This document shows positions 1-13,263 of a DNA stretch of 64,000 nucleotides, in pieces. A model generated the notes under the pieces. The model was not told where the DNA came from. It made no database searches and saw only the letters and a list, made by a program, of their open reading frames with translations. How positions within the stretch are numbered: the first letter of the stretch is position 1; each line of letters starts with the position of its first letter. The DNA comes from Marsupella aquatica (Eukaryota > Plantae > Marchantiophyta): the NCBI GenBank assembly GCA_973895155.1, contig OZ316894.1, positions 27,024,340-27,088,339 on the forward strand, read 5' to 3'. The position numbers and the translations under genes were made by a program.

Positions 1-29
1 TTTTTTGCCAGCGCCTGGCGCTGGCAAAA

Positions 30-2500
30 TCATGGATAGCAATACTTACTCTTCTTTCCAGATTTAGTAGACTCGTTCGGTGCTGCTAGCTCCGCTTTGG
101 CTTTCGCGCGAGGTTTGCGACTCCGGTCCACATGCACAACAGTTGTTTCACAGATAGTTTGCAAGTTTGTGGCAGACTTGTCTACATCGTCAAGTAGACC
201 CTGCTTCATGTCGGACACAAGTTTTGCTGGCATCTGAGACTTTGAAAGCTTATGGAAGGCATCTTTTTCCCTTTGATCAAAAGGAGAATCCCACTATCTG
301 TATCTAGATACCAGGGGCAGTGAGTTCTCTCCCATTCTGTCATTGGTCTCGGAGGAAATATGCCCTCCGTGGGGTACATAGAGTACAAATCAGCCAAGGC
401 ATCATCTTCACTTATTGAAATCCACTTCATAAAAGCTGCAGGATATGCCCAGAAGTAATCAGGTTTGTTTACCTCCATGTGCATGTAGAACCTATACACA
501 AACCTCTTCGCTCGCTTCTGGTTTCTCCGGGTGTAATCTTCTTTGTCAGGGTACTTTGAAGGCCACATAGTGTGAAAGAACTTATTCTTCACGGAATCAC
601 CAAATCTCTTGAATTCATTTGTAACAAACTGAACTAGATCATCAAACGAACTACAATTCCACTCTTCCAATCTATTCGCGGGCATGGTTTGCTCAACTTC
701 ACATAGACATGAATGTAACATGCCAGCAGCAATTCCCTCCACACTATTCCAAGTGATCCAAGTGTGGCACCACTGTTTGACTGGATCATCGTTAACACTT
801 GCTGGGTGAAAAAACTGTCTCCGCAGCTCAGGATTGCAATGTGCCACAAGTAAAGTGCTTCGTAACTTTGGGTCTAGAGCAGAAACAGCGGTGAACAATC
901 GTGCGCGGTCCATCGTACATACAACGGTGTCAGGCTTCTTCTCTCTCTTGTTTCTCTCTGTGATAGCATACATTTCTGCACATGTACTGAGGAAATCTTC
1001 AAATTCAGGACTTAATAAGGGCGTAATTTTTGAAGACTTCACTGCCCAATCTTTGGTTGCGTCTTTCATCATGGCCGCATGCCGTTTTGAAATCTCGTCC
1101 GCCGACCATGGACTCCCTTGAGCCTCCGCTGCCTCCATGTCGAGTTTGAATTGATGCGAGTACGACTTTATCTTATTCTCACAAAGAATGTAAACAAGTG
1201 CTTCTTGTGGCATCTTCTTTGTATACCATGACCCCTTCCGAGTTTTCAGCGGAATGCTTTCAAACTTCTTGAAATTACCCGGGTCAATCAGTTTACTGTA
1301 ATACTCAAGGTCATGTGCCAGAATTCGTTTGATTCTGTCCGCATCCAGGATCCAGGAAGGCTCTACAACTGCTTGGCCAAGCCTACACGAACAAACGTTG
1401 AGAGTACAAGTCAATGAAAAACAATTCATGTATAAGCAGCGCCAAGCGCAAGTAAATACAGCACTCGCAAGATTTAAGGAAAGAATTGGAAATCATGAGA
1501 ACTTACTGATTCACGGTGTGCATAGCTGCCTCAATTTCAATGAGAGATCCCTTGTCTCCTTTAAATATTGTACAGAGCACACGAGGATGATATTTTGGAT
1601 TGTCCGGGTTCTCCTCTGTTACAAACTCCAGGAGTACAGCCTGTGATTTCCATCAAATACAGAGAACATCTTATCCTTCAAGACGAGAAAATCCGGGTCA
1701 GCCTCGCATTCAGCCTCAAACTTCTCGTTCTCCAATTGCCATATTCCTTGGAATGGTTTTTTTAATAAATTTTAATACCGTGAAAGACCCCACGGATAGG
1801 GGGAACAACAGCCCTTAATACAGGGACAGCAACAGCACACTAGTGAGCCACAAAGAGAGCCCAAAAGCACAAAAGAGAGCATCAAAGCCCCAGGAAGAGC
1901 CCCCCCTCAAAGAAGGGAAATAACACCGATCAAGAGAGCATATTGCCATATTGGATCCCATGAATCACGAATGTCCTGGGTACAGGTCAGAACAATTCCG
2001 TTCTCAACTGTTGGCTGCACATAGAAATGCATCCCTATCGAAGAGTTGTAACCCATACTACAAAAAGAGTCTTTCAGCTTCTCGATGGAAGAGCTATCTT
2101 TCTGCAGAGTACGAACCACCTCCATGTGAACCAATCGACACAGAGGGATTTGAGGCGGCTCCTTGTCAAATCCACGAGAATCCTTTCCAAAAGACATGAC
2201 ATGTTTCGAAATGAGATCAGTCTCAGCAAGCGCGCAATCCGCAACATCCTGGATCGCAATTGTGTCTACGTTGTCCATCTTTCTTTGCAAAGGATTTGGA
2301 CCCAAAACACCGCTGACAGAAATGAGCGGCAACAACTTTGAGGAACGAGTTACACGACATGTATAGACTGAACCAGTAAATGAAGACTGCAAAGATTCAG
2401 AATAAGCTCGCTCCTGGTCAGGAACCGCACTATACCCTCTGGAAGAAGAGGGGAATACCTCCATCGTCTTCCTTCTAGAAGCGTGCGAACTATCGTACAA
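30..2500 (-). pseudogene. Spliced ParB/Sulfiredoxin-like domain gene, disrupted by a LINE fragment and a frameshift
   Basis: Removing the 1746-1941 insert and one TSD joins ORF 1907..2500 (IPLCRLVHMEVVR...LKDSFCSMGY...WDPIWQ) in frame to LENEKFEAECEADPDFLVLKDKMFSVFDGNHRLYSW. DGNHRL fits the ParB/Srx GxxR box. After a 1-nt frameshift near 1625 it reads ...HPRVLCTIF...AAMHTVNQ; a GT(1506)-AG(1383) intron joins it in frame to ORF 206..1429. The tail ORF 30..233 is in another frame. Confidence 0.7.
1746..1941 (-). mobile_element. 5'-truncated 196-bp copy of the 3' end of the LINE at 38411-61131
   Basis: Reverse complement nearly identical to 60937-61131; 11-bp TSD ATTGCCATATT at 1735-1745 and 1942-1952. 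Confidence 0.95.
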
Positions 2501-3373
2501 TGAAATTATGGAACTATAATCATCTCTGAACGTGTAATATATTCTAGCAGGAGGATGACATAACCTAGAGGAAAGCCATTAGCTCTGATGTTTGGCGGTC
2601 CCAACGTCTGTATACGGAAGGTTTAATTACCAAAATCAAACGGTAGAAGATGCGTAACACACACAGAAGTCATAAGTTACCGTTGAATGTTACCGTTAAA
2701 GACATTTCCTAACATCATATCAATACTAGCGCCGGGCGCTAGCATTAATGATGACCATCAAGGTGAACAATTTAGAGTATGCTTATAATAGCGCCCGACG
2801 CTAGTATAAACTGGAAGAAATTTAGAGGTCTTTTTTTAAGGAGCTATGACATAAATTTCGGCCTTTCCACCCCCATATTTTATTAAAGTATCCTTCAGTA
2901 CATCGTTTACGGAGAAATATTTCTCAAATGTAATACTAGCGCCCAACACTAGTATAAATGTTCATTTATCATCCATAATCCATCAAAACCATCCTTTGAA
3001 GGCACCATTTATTCCCAATTACCACCTGGTATGTGGTCATAATGTTCATTTTCAGGGAATTTATTCTATACTAGCGCCGGGCGCTAGTTTGGAATGTCGA
3101 GATTTCAGACACATTTTTAGTGGCGTATTTTAGTTAGCGCCAGGCGCTACTAAAATTTGACAATACCTTGTCATATCTTATGGTCTGTTTAAATAAGGTT
3201 GGTGATCTTTTTAGCAATATGTTTGTGTCTGACATCCGGACTTCTCGGGGAAAAAACGACAAAAATCATTTATGGTGCCAACGGATCCTCCATCGTCAAT
3301 GTTTTATGTCGTATACAAACGGATCGGTTAACGTCAAATTCCCAGGTTTGACAGATATAAGCTGAACAATACC

Positions 3374-6300
3374 ATGAACTTTTCTTCTTTCAAACGCTAT
3401 AGCCCTCGGTTTTTGTTTTTGTTCACCATGTCTCGGTCTATCGTTCTTTCTCGATTCGGTTCTGAAGATATTGTGACTATCCCCGTCCCCATGGAAGATA
3501 CGTACAAGCAGGTCCGGGAGAGGTATCTCTGCGGGAGATTTGATTTGAAGATGAATGACATTGAGGCCATTGTTCGAGAGCTCGAATCCATTGATGATAT
3601 CGAGGATGCTGCAACGTTCAATGTCGATGACGGTGAACGGTTTTGGTATCTCGACGCAGGGATCTCGTACTCGGTTCGTTTAAGACAGCATGCAAGACTG
3701 TCCAGTTTCTCGCCGGTTCCATGTGATGTGGTTGAGATTTCTTCAAGTGAGGATGGAGATCGTACTCTAAGTCCACCATCGAAGAAGAAAAGCCCGCTCC
3801 CTGCTGTCGTGAAAGTTGAGACTCCGGGAAGCTCTAAGCAGTTGGAGGTCGTGTACCGGTGCAGTGCGATGGATACGTTACTCAAATCAACTGGTCATAG
3901 TGAGTTGTCACGGTTCATATCAGCGGGTGATTTCAGGCATGAACAAGTGTCTTGTCTGCCAACTAAGTAGAATGGTAACGTCGTGTTTGAGTTGCCGCCC
4001 ATTGATAAGATGCTCTCTAAAGGCTCTAGGCTTAGGGACATGGATCGTGCCAAAGATTGTTACATTTGGACACGCATATTTCCAACAACTGCAACTGTTC
4101 ATCCTAAAAACCTTTGGCAGTTTGGGAAGGTTACCTGTACGGGATTCATTGAATGCAGGAACAAGTCCTGCGACTATTTCCAAAGGAAGAAGAAGGCAAA
4201 TGCTAAGGCATGGCAGGGTACTCCAAAGCTCAGTGGTCAGTATGCTGTGGGATCTTTCATCGAAGAGGGAGGTGTTGTTTGTCATTACTGCGAACAAATT
4301 CCTTTTTGTGTGAAGTACTGCCCTGCCCGTTTGTTTTACATGTACCCCCAAGTATTACTTGATGCGGAAACATGTAGTCATATGTCCCGCCTGGCAATTC
4401 ATATAGGTGAGCACAACCATCCAGGTAGAAAAACCTTCTGTAGGAGTGCGGAGAAGATAGCTGAGGATCTAATTAAAAAAAAAACATGAAGCCAATCCTT
4501 TGTCAAAACCGGCAGGGATCTTGAATTCTGCTACAGGGTACTTAGTGAAATCTCTCTGCAAACATGTTGACGACATGGTCGATATCGAAGAAACTGAAAT
4601 ATGGAAGTCTCTGATGGTCCTTTCCACTCCGCAGAAGTTTGCATCTCTTTGTCGGAGCGTTAGGATAGACCAAAAAGGTCGGGGTGAATTAGATTTTCTC
4701 TTGCAAATGCAGAGGAGGATTCATGTGTCGTTTCTCCAGAGGTATTTGCTTCCAGGTCAGGGATGTCAGAACGATAGGCCTCACATCTTTAAAATGACCG
4801 TGAAAGGTCACGGTTCCGGTGTGGATCTCTTGAGGCAGATGCAACCGGGTGGAAGACTCGAAGGAGCCTGGGTAAGTTTCGATGTGATGCAGCGTGTCAC
4901 CACGGATTGGTTTACTTTCAGTGCACACGTCTACGACCACAATTTCCGTGCACTGTGTACAATTTTCACATGCGAGTTGAAAGGTGAAGACACTGAGTCT
5001 TTTGAAAAGGCATGGAGAGTGATGATTGAGGTTTGCAAAGAAAATGAACTTCACGAGGTTGTCATCCAAGGATTTATGGCCGACAATGCACAAGCTGGAT
5101 GGAATGCAGTGCAAAATGTTTTTTTTGGTGGACACCCGGACCCGGAGAGGGAGCGCTCTGATGCATTTCACTTTTATCAATCTTTTCATCGTCATTCCAA
5201 GGAAGGAGTACTGGAAGAATGTCAATCGGAGCATCGGAGACTTTGGGAGAAACTGAGAAATGCTCCATCATTTGTGGCAGCATACCGGGTGTCCCGAGAG
5301 ATTGTTGTGTGGTGGCAATCAGGAAATTGTGTCCCCGGAAAGCTGAAGATGCTGCAAAGCTGGATATCTTGGTGGGTTGTTCGCTGGCGCCAGTGGGGCA
5401 ATTTTATTCGAGTGGTAAGGCATCCATCTATTTAGACTGTAATGTTCATCAACTTCATATTAGCGCCAGGCGCTGGTTATTTTCTCCATACACGTCAAAA
5501 CAAGTAGTACAAGAAATTGAAGCCAATATGTAGTTAGAATTCAGTATTAAACATTGAAATTGTATTTTAGGCCTGTTCTACATATTTATGTTGCCAGCGC
5601 CGGGCGCTGGTAATAGAATACTACTTACGGTTGACATTTTCGTATGGCAGAGCAAAAGCGCTGAGGAAGGTTTAGGCTTGAAACGGGGGAAGGGGCCAAC
5701 TATATGGGAATTGGCGTTCCGTTCCGCCGATCAAGCAGGTTTGCCAAGATTGTTTGAAGAAGCGACTAATATGCTTCTATCTAACGCAGCAGAATTCGAT
5801 TTGGAAAGAAGTACTCCCCTGAATGGAGATTATAATGAAGAAGTCAATGAAGAGGAAGGGACATGCAACTGGGACTGTCTCTCCACAAGATTCCCATCGG
5901 CATGACACCGTTCTAATAACCACACCAAATACTCGTGGTTTGAAAAGGAAGAACCTGAACATAACTGACTTTTCTTCTATTCCCTCAAGTTCTGATCATC
6001 CTGTCACAAAGGCGGTGAATCTCTCAGGTATGGTCACATCAGAGAGTGATACTGATTCACTAGACTATACTCCTCAAACAACCCGAACAACAAGATCCTC
6101 AAAACCTCCGCTCAGTGCCCCAGCAGCACTTCAGAATCAACTTCCACGCACGATTGTGCTAGAGAAGGATGTCCCTCCGGGGCAGTGGCAGTTGCGACGG
6201 ACATCAAAGTATGGAGCAGGTTCGCAATGCAATGGTACACTGAATGGGAGTTCGGATCGCGATGAGTGTCGAAATCGTATCAAGAAGGTTGGCTTCCATT

Positions 6301-7034
6301 CGTCTGAAGGTGTTGTCGGAATTGTCGTGAAGGGCCATCGTCTCTTCAGGGGCGAACCCATCTCCGAAATGATTTGGTTTTGCCCGAACCAAGCGTGTTA
6401 CAAGAGTCATCCGCGTCGTGGTGTTCAGAAGCTTCCTCCTTTTCCTGACATTTTGCCTGTTCTGAAGGGTACGAGCCTGTCTCCTTCTGAAATTACATTC
6501 CTGGAAGAGCAAGGACTTGTCTTAGCGCAAACAACAGGATTGAGTCGATCTGTGCCATCTGCTTTTGACCTCAGGATAAATGTTAACGTGTTCCCAGAAA
6601 CAATAAGGTTTTTGGAGCCGAATCTCCGACTTGGTAGTCGGAATGGGAGGAACTCAAGGCCTCGGTCTAATCTCACTATGGGTCACACGAAGCGAATGGA
6701 GTCTGCACGACAAGAAGTGATGAGTTTGGATGGGGAATGGAATGTTCAGACCGGAAATGCTTTTGGAAAGCAATTTCGAATTCGAACCCATGAGAACCAT
6801 CGATCACCAAGCACATACTTCGTCCAAATCTGTATCTTCCCCGCTTGCTCTTGTGAAGACTTCTTCCTCCGACATTCGCGTGGCAAGTCATACATGCCTT
6901 GCAAACATCTATACTGGGTGTACATAAATGTTTTCAAACTTGAGATTGAGGAGTCGACTCTTTGTAGCCAACCTATTTTGACTTTAGGCGAAGTCAAGCT
7001 TGTGCTGGAGAGGCAGAACTTGAATGGCTTATGA
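3374..7034 (+). pseudogene. MULE-like DDE transposase with an N-terminal Cys/His zinc domain (WRKY/GCM-like) and a C-terminal SWIM finger
   Basis: CTGFIECRNKSC...CHYC...CPARL...HIGEHNHP; core WVSFDVMQRV, GFMADNAQAGWNAV, DAFHFYQS; SWIM PACSCEDF...PCKHLYWV. Lesions: TAG at 3968, frameshift at the A-run near 4480, frameshift near 5830. Probable intron 5415-5650. Confidence 0.75.
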
Positions 7035-8056
7035 GAGAGATCAAAACTGCCCAATAGGTCGTCGTTCAATATAACGGTTATTCCCTATTTTGTCTTTTTC
7101 CAACGGATATTTAAGTTGTTTTATTGAGACTTTGTTGGTTAGCGCCGGGCGCTGGTTCTAGGAAACTGGATATTCATTGCTTCATTATGTACGTGCATTG
7201 TGGAAGAATGACCTCTTGTTTTATTTAAAATGTGTAAGTTGATTAAATTGTCTATTGTCTTCAAAGCCTCGAGGATGTGATTTGTCATTTGTTTGTGACG
7301 TTACAAGGTCCATTTAATCAACTCCTTTAGATTGGGTTGATTTGGACTCCACGATTGACATGTGCTATGGTGGGTCCCACTCTAAGGGTCACTATTTGGC
7401 GATGAAAATAGATTGATTTGCATGAATGTTTCTTTAGGCACACTCCTAATACCATGTTTTTTATCTTCTACAATAAATTGTTGTGTCAATGGAGGATTGA
7501 TAGTACACTTCATCCATCGGATGGCACAAAATAATTGTTTGTTTTAAACTTTATTGCCCCCCAAAAAATTATGCCATTAGAGTGGTGGATATGCACCTTA
7601 GAGTGGTGGATATGCACGTTATGGTTCAGGCAAAACTGGTAACAGGGACAAGCTTACTGGTAACAGGTACAATTTCCCTGTTAACAGAAAATAAACCCCT
7701 GGTAACAGGTTTTCTGTTTTCTGTCATGGCTATCATACCCGCAGAGCTTGAACAGGTGCATTGTAGATTGGGCGAGAATGTAGACTTGCAACAAATAGTT
7801 TCGACTCAGAAAGTAGAATTAAAATTCAAGGATGACCAATTGCACATAGCTCTTGCAAAGGTTGAAGAGTTGGAATGTACAGTGAGGAATTTGAAGAGAA
7901 AGAAAGTGTCGAACGTTGAACCAGTTATACATCACGGAACCAAAGAGGCAAGCTCATGGACGTCCATTACTTGGTTCAACCTCCAACAATGAAATGACAA
8001 CAGTGCCAGTGCCATTTAAAAATCGCGTATAGAGGGATGAGATTGCAAGTTGTTCT

Positions 8057-10934
8057 TTGTCTGTGGTCTCGCAATTGACTCGTATTAATTTGGAGGACCC
8101 CCCAAAAAGGCGACGACTGTTGTGGTCTTTTGATAATGAAGGGGATAGCTTGGATCATGTTGACATTGACGCTACCTCCGTGCGTCGTACAATCACAGAT
8201 TCCTGTTCAGATTCAGATTCAGATTCAGAGATGGACTTTCCCCGAGTCCGAGTCCAACCTTTTTCGCAAACAGAGGAACGAGTGAGTAAACTAACCATGT
8301 CGCAGCGTCTTGTCCAAATACTCAGTTTGGACGAGTAGAGCCGGTTAAGAAGGCTGACTGTTATTCCATGACCATTGCAGGAATACATCGATGATAGGGA
8401 CTTCACAGGAGAAGCAAGCCCACCAGATGGGCTTATGCAAAATATGACAGTTTACCAACATCAACGGAAAGGTCTATTCTGGATGTTGTCGAGGGAGAGT
8501 GGTGATTCCGAATGTTTTGGGGGTATTTTGGCAGATGACCAGGTAAAACCCTAAAGCTCACATCATTTCCTAATGTTGAGTGGGCTGCGCATTGACTTCG
8601 GGGTCATCATGTGTTTTGTGGTGTGAACTTGGAATTTTCTTCCCCATTGCATGAAATGAACTAACTATATTTGTTGGTAGGGAATGGGGAAGACAATTCA
8701 ACTGATTACACTCTTAGTCACCAATCGACCACCCAGAAGCAAGACCCTTATCGTTTGTCCTAGAAGTGTTATGACTCAATGGAAACGTGAGATTACCACT
8801 AAAACTACTGCAAGGGCAAATGTAAAGGTGTTAATATTTCACGGGTCGGACAGATGTATGGATCCAAAGCAGTTGGCCTTATATGATGTTATAATTACCA
8901 CTTACGGCACTCTCGCCCAACATTCCACTGCAGACCCACCTACACTGAGAAGAAAAGGGAAATTAAGTCAAAAAATTCCTGTGGAGCCAACACCCAAGAA
9001 AACGAAGGATCCATTGCCTCTTTGCCTGGAGCAGGTACAATGGTACAGGGTGATTCTAGACGAGTGTCAGGCAATCTCAAACCATAGGAGTGGCAGAGCA
9101 TTAGCTGCTTGCAACCTACATGCAAGAAGCAGATGGTGTGTAAGTGGAACTCATGTGTCAAATTCTACTTGGGAGGCATACAGTTATTTCAAATTTCTTG
9201 GATACCCCCCTTACTGTGACATAGACCGGTTCAAGATTTTGAGGTAGCATATTGCAAAAAGTAGGAAAGCTGGACACGCAATACTACACAAGGAGCTGAG
9301 GGCCATTACATTGAGAAGAGATAAGAGTAAGACAACTACAACTACAATGTTCACATGTGTTGGAATTGGACTTTTCCATTATTTGGAATTGGTTGAATTT
9401 CATATGGATTTCAATGTGTTGTATGTTTGTATGCAATCTTATAGTTGGACATATTTTGTTTGCAGGTATCCTGAATCTACCTAAGAAGCATGTAAGAGTA
9501 GCTCATCTCGACTTTTTAGTTGAAGGCGATGCCATAGTGTATAAGAAATTAGAGGCAAGGAGTGCAGCGGAAGACTCGGTATGTCCAAAGTTTGGCCCAC
9601 CCTATGTGGGTGTACTTTGTCATTCTTCAATTGTGCACAGATACCGTGGTTGCCCTGTTGTTTTGTACAATTACTCAATCGGGTCGATTTGTGGGCTTCA
9701 CAGAAGGGAAATAAGAAAGAGAAAGCTAAATTGCTGTCGTTGATGCTGAGAATGAGACGCCACTGTGGGCATCGTGACCTTGTCTTTCACAATGAAAAAG
9801 AAGATAGTGTGAATACTCCCAAGATCCAACCTGATGGAGTCCGTTCAGGCGAATTGGTAAACAAGTTGTTGGATGCTCCAGAAGGGGTGACTTGTAACAA
9901 GTGCCAGGTGATTTTTTGCACATAGTAAATCCTATTTGTAAATCCAGTACCCCGTGGGAGTGTTGTTCAACCGGTAGCGATTGGTGAAACATTTAACATT
10001 GCACACTAACTTTGAAGTCCATTTTTGTAATATTTGCAGGGTGAGCTTTTTGATGACCCCATGATTTCCATCTGTGGTCACTATTACTGTTCCAGTTCAG
10101 CTTGTTATTTTGATCCGCTGGAAGAGGACATAATATGCGGAGCACCACACTGTAAGCAGCAAATTTCATGGAGTACGGTGTACAGAGTATGTGATATATG
10201 TACGTCGTCTGGCACTGAATTGGCAGAGGAGGACTTGGAAATTCCCGGTTTTCATACTTCTGGGCCATCACCCAAAATTGATGGTGTCATGTCTTACTTG
10301 AACAAGCTGCGAGAGTCTGGAAGTGACGATAAGACCATTGTGTTTTCTCAATGGACCGGCTTAATTGACTTGTTATAAGGAACTCTTGAAAGTGCAAACA
10401 TCCAGTTCACAAGGGTGGACGGGAGCATGAGTTTGGAGAAGCGTGACCAAAATCTGAGAGACTTTGCCGAATCTCGCCAGGTATGCATAAAGCACCCCAT
10501 ATAGGTTGTTTTGGTGCATGTTTTTGAGAAATTGTACATGGGTCACTCACTAAGCATTTCACTACACTGGATTGATTCAGATACAAGTCGCCCTACCGTC
10601 ATTAAAGGCTGCCAATACGGGATTAAATATCACGGCTGCCAATCATGTACTCTTTACAGATATATGGTGGAATCCAACAGCAGAAGATCAAGCAATGGAC
10701 AGAACTCATCATCTAGGGCAGACAAAAGAAGTGTTTGTTACACATTTCCTAATGAGGAATACTATTGAGGAGACATTGTGGCATGTACAACAGAGAAAGA
10801 GGACACTGATTGATGAATGCGTACACGGAAGTTTGAGTAGCGGAAAAAAGGATAACGCAATATTGCAGGAAGTACTGAAAGAGGAGCGACTCAGGTTGTC
10901 TAGGCAACAGGCAGTAGGAAGGCCGAGACGATAG
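8057..10934 (+). pseudogene. SNF2-family helicase with internal RING finger (RAD5/16-like, resembling plant CHR27/CHR28)
   Basis: GGILADDQ|GMGKT across intron 8543-8680, TLIVCP, TTYG, ILDECQ, SGT, RING (CNKC..CGHYYC..CGAPHC), IVFSQW, RVDGSM, SLKAANTGLNITAAN, WWNP..DQAMDRTHHLGQ. Stops at 9245 and 10376. Confidence 0.9.
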
Positions 10935-11702
10935 AGCATTCACAAATTAAGGCACATTGCTCGCCATCTAGAGGCTTTTGAGGCAGGCTTTGAGACTCTT
11001 ACAGTTATGACGAGTGATTGGAGGCCACTTGAGCTGAGCTAATGACATCCTCTACCACCATGTTGCCCAAGCATTTGCAAAACCTCCAGTTGGTGGTGTG
11101 CAAAGAGGTGCGTATGTGCCGTACATGTTTTAGAGGGTCACTCTATAAAATTGTATTTGAAGTAGGCTAAGGTTTACTCCCATTGGATATGAGATGCAGG
11201 TGACGAGAATGCTGATAGTGTATGCACCACACAGGGCCTAAAAAAGGATGCATCTATGGGCACATAACAAGTGGGTGAGATATGGCTTTGCATAGCACAA
11301 GTTCTGACACGAGTATGTGGGCAGAAGAGAGAAAGGAAGTTCGGAAATTGACCATATTGTGATTGCAGCGGTGTATATCCTCCTCTGCATATAATGTCCA
11401 GCTTCCTCTAACAATATGTGGCCTTTTCTTTCACCAGGTTATGTTTGTGATGCTTCATGATGTGTTGGATGTTGGTGTCAGACATCTAGCCATAGAGTAT
11501 CATGGTATGGATGCGTCCTTGCAATTGATTTCCCGGTTATTGTCCAAGATTGTGCTGCAAGTGAACAGTAAGCTCTTCGGGCTAGCTGCCTAGTTTTTGA
11601 GCAATATGGCTGGTTGTGGTGGGCCAATTGGATATGTAGATTCAGCCCCGACTGAGGGGAAAAAGCAGTGAAAAGTTGGAAGATGTCATTCCTGAGTTGC
11701 TG

Positions 11703-11815
11703 AAGAACAAGTTGCTATCATGCACAAAGAAGGAGTCCTTGTGCAACGGAGTAGTATAAGAACAAGTTGCTATCATGCACAAAGAAGGAGTCCTTGTGCA
11801 ACGGAGTAGTATAAG
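11703..11815. repeat. Perfect 55-bp tandem duplication
   Basis: aagaacaagttgctatcatgcac...gtagtat starts at 11703 and 11758. Confidence 0.9.
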
Positions 11816-13263
11816 TGGGTATAGTTTATGGGAGGTGACTTGGCATGAGGTCAAGGGTATAGCACCCAACCTTGAAGTTGAGCTTTTCCCATAACCCCAA
11901 CTCGAGCCGGAACAAGAGTCAGCTGTTGTTTTGGACTCCTCCAATGAGACGGTGGACTAGAGTGAACATCCTGTATGAACTGGTGAAGGGGATACAACTG
12001 TTGAACCCGAAAACAACAGTCAAAGAGGAGGAAGCTAAGGTGCATTTGGCAAAATTTACCAAAAGCACAATGACAGGCAGGGTACGGTCTCGCCATTTCA
12101 TGATTGCAAGCAGAATTGCTGTGGATGGATGCAAAAGTGTGACCTCATTGATTGCATATTCAGTACCACTCGGGATGTGTGGTATTCCCACAATAAGCTG
12201 GAACTGTTGTCTTCTCTTGTGTGTATGGTGAAATTAATTGGATTTGTCATCAATTCATGGTGTAGGTGGTGAATTTTGTGGGTGCAACACTAAAAACTTG
12301 CGCTTTGGGTATAATGTGGTCCACAAATATCCCCTGTAGATGGTGAGCAGCTCAAAGTCTGGTGCTCTTATTTCTGTTATAGTTCATTGGCAGATTTTAC
12401 ACATCCTCGTACACAAAATTGAAGCGTAACTAAGCTGAACTTTTGTATAGATGATTGTAGGTGATGCAACATATGGCCATTTAAGATGTAGCTGAATATG
12501 GTTGCTACCTTGACATTGCCCTTGCTTGTAGTGATCGGATGAGGATACATGAGTTCAATTAAAACCTACCTCTGACTGCAGATGCACGGGAGCTGAACGT
12601 TGGATCCCTTGGGGAGTAGAAACCAGCAGCAAGTTTATCACCAGGACTCTTCACGCTGAGCACATGATGTGATGTTGCTCAGAGAAGTCTTCGTTCAACA
12701 TTGAAGAACTATTTCCTTACATGAATAGAAACTTTTGTGTAGTGGATGACATTTTTGGCTTGAGCAAGAATTCACCATTTTGAATTCAACTGAACTTTTT
12801 TTCCCCTCTTCAAAAAGTGAATTAACATTGTGGCGGATGTTGATTGATATAGAATCAATGTTGATTTCTGTTCAGCCTGCTACTGTAAGGAGGTTGAATG
12901 GGCAACCTTCTAGTAGGGGTTAGGGGTGAAGGTTTGTTTGGGAACAAACAGGCACAACAGGGTAGTATGGTTGCCTAATCTATCTTGTTGTGGGCATTGT
13001 ATTGCACCTCGTGCTAACCCTTGGTACACTCTTAATCTTAATAGGTGTTCATCTGTAAAGGAACAAGGCCAAGTATTCTGATAAACCCACACAACACTGT
13101 TCAAAGAAAAAGAACAAGGCTGAGTATTTTGAGAAAACCACACACTCTTGACTCTATTTACATGATAAGCGGCCATTGTCAATAAGAGATACAAAAGTTG
13201 AGGTCATGTAATGCGGTATTATGGTTCATATTAGGAAATTGGGCCATATACGTGTACAATTCA

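Larger units (their letters stand above)
10..7153. repeat. Dispersed 13-bp palindrome AGCGCC-N-GGCGCT, nine copies
   Basis: Cores start at 10, 2728, 2790 (1 mismatch), 2938 (3 G>A changes), 3073, 3136, 5462, 5596 and 7141. Arms often extend, e.g. perfect 13-bp arms at 3-29. All copies are intergenic, intronic or just 3' of stops. Confidence 0.92.

Noticed and set aside
206-2500. Bacterial contamination or a plasmid parAB locus
   Set aside because: Spliceosomal intron, a plant LINE insertion inside the gene, and no ParA.
2930-2939. Match to the VANC21 motif (RTAATACTR) beside a palindrome
   Set aside because: A single AT-rich 9-mer, expected by chance.
7582-7992. 136-aa ORF as an independent gene
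   Set aside because: Its first half is made of short DNA repeats; the rest may be an upstream exon of the SNF2 gene.
11000-12900. Short ORFs as a further cargo gene
   Set aside because: No recognisable motif or consistent frame; possibly a decayed gene but unsupported.
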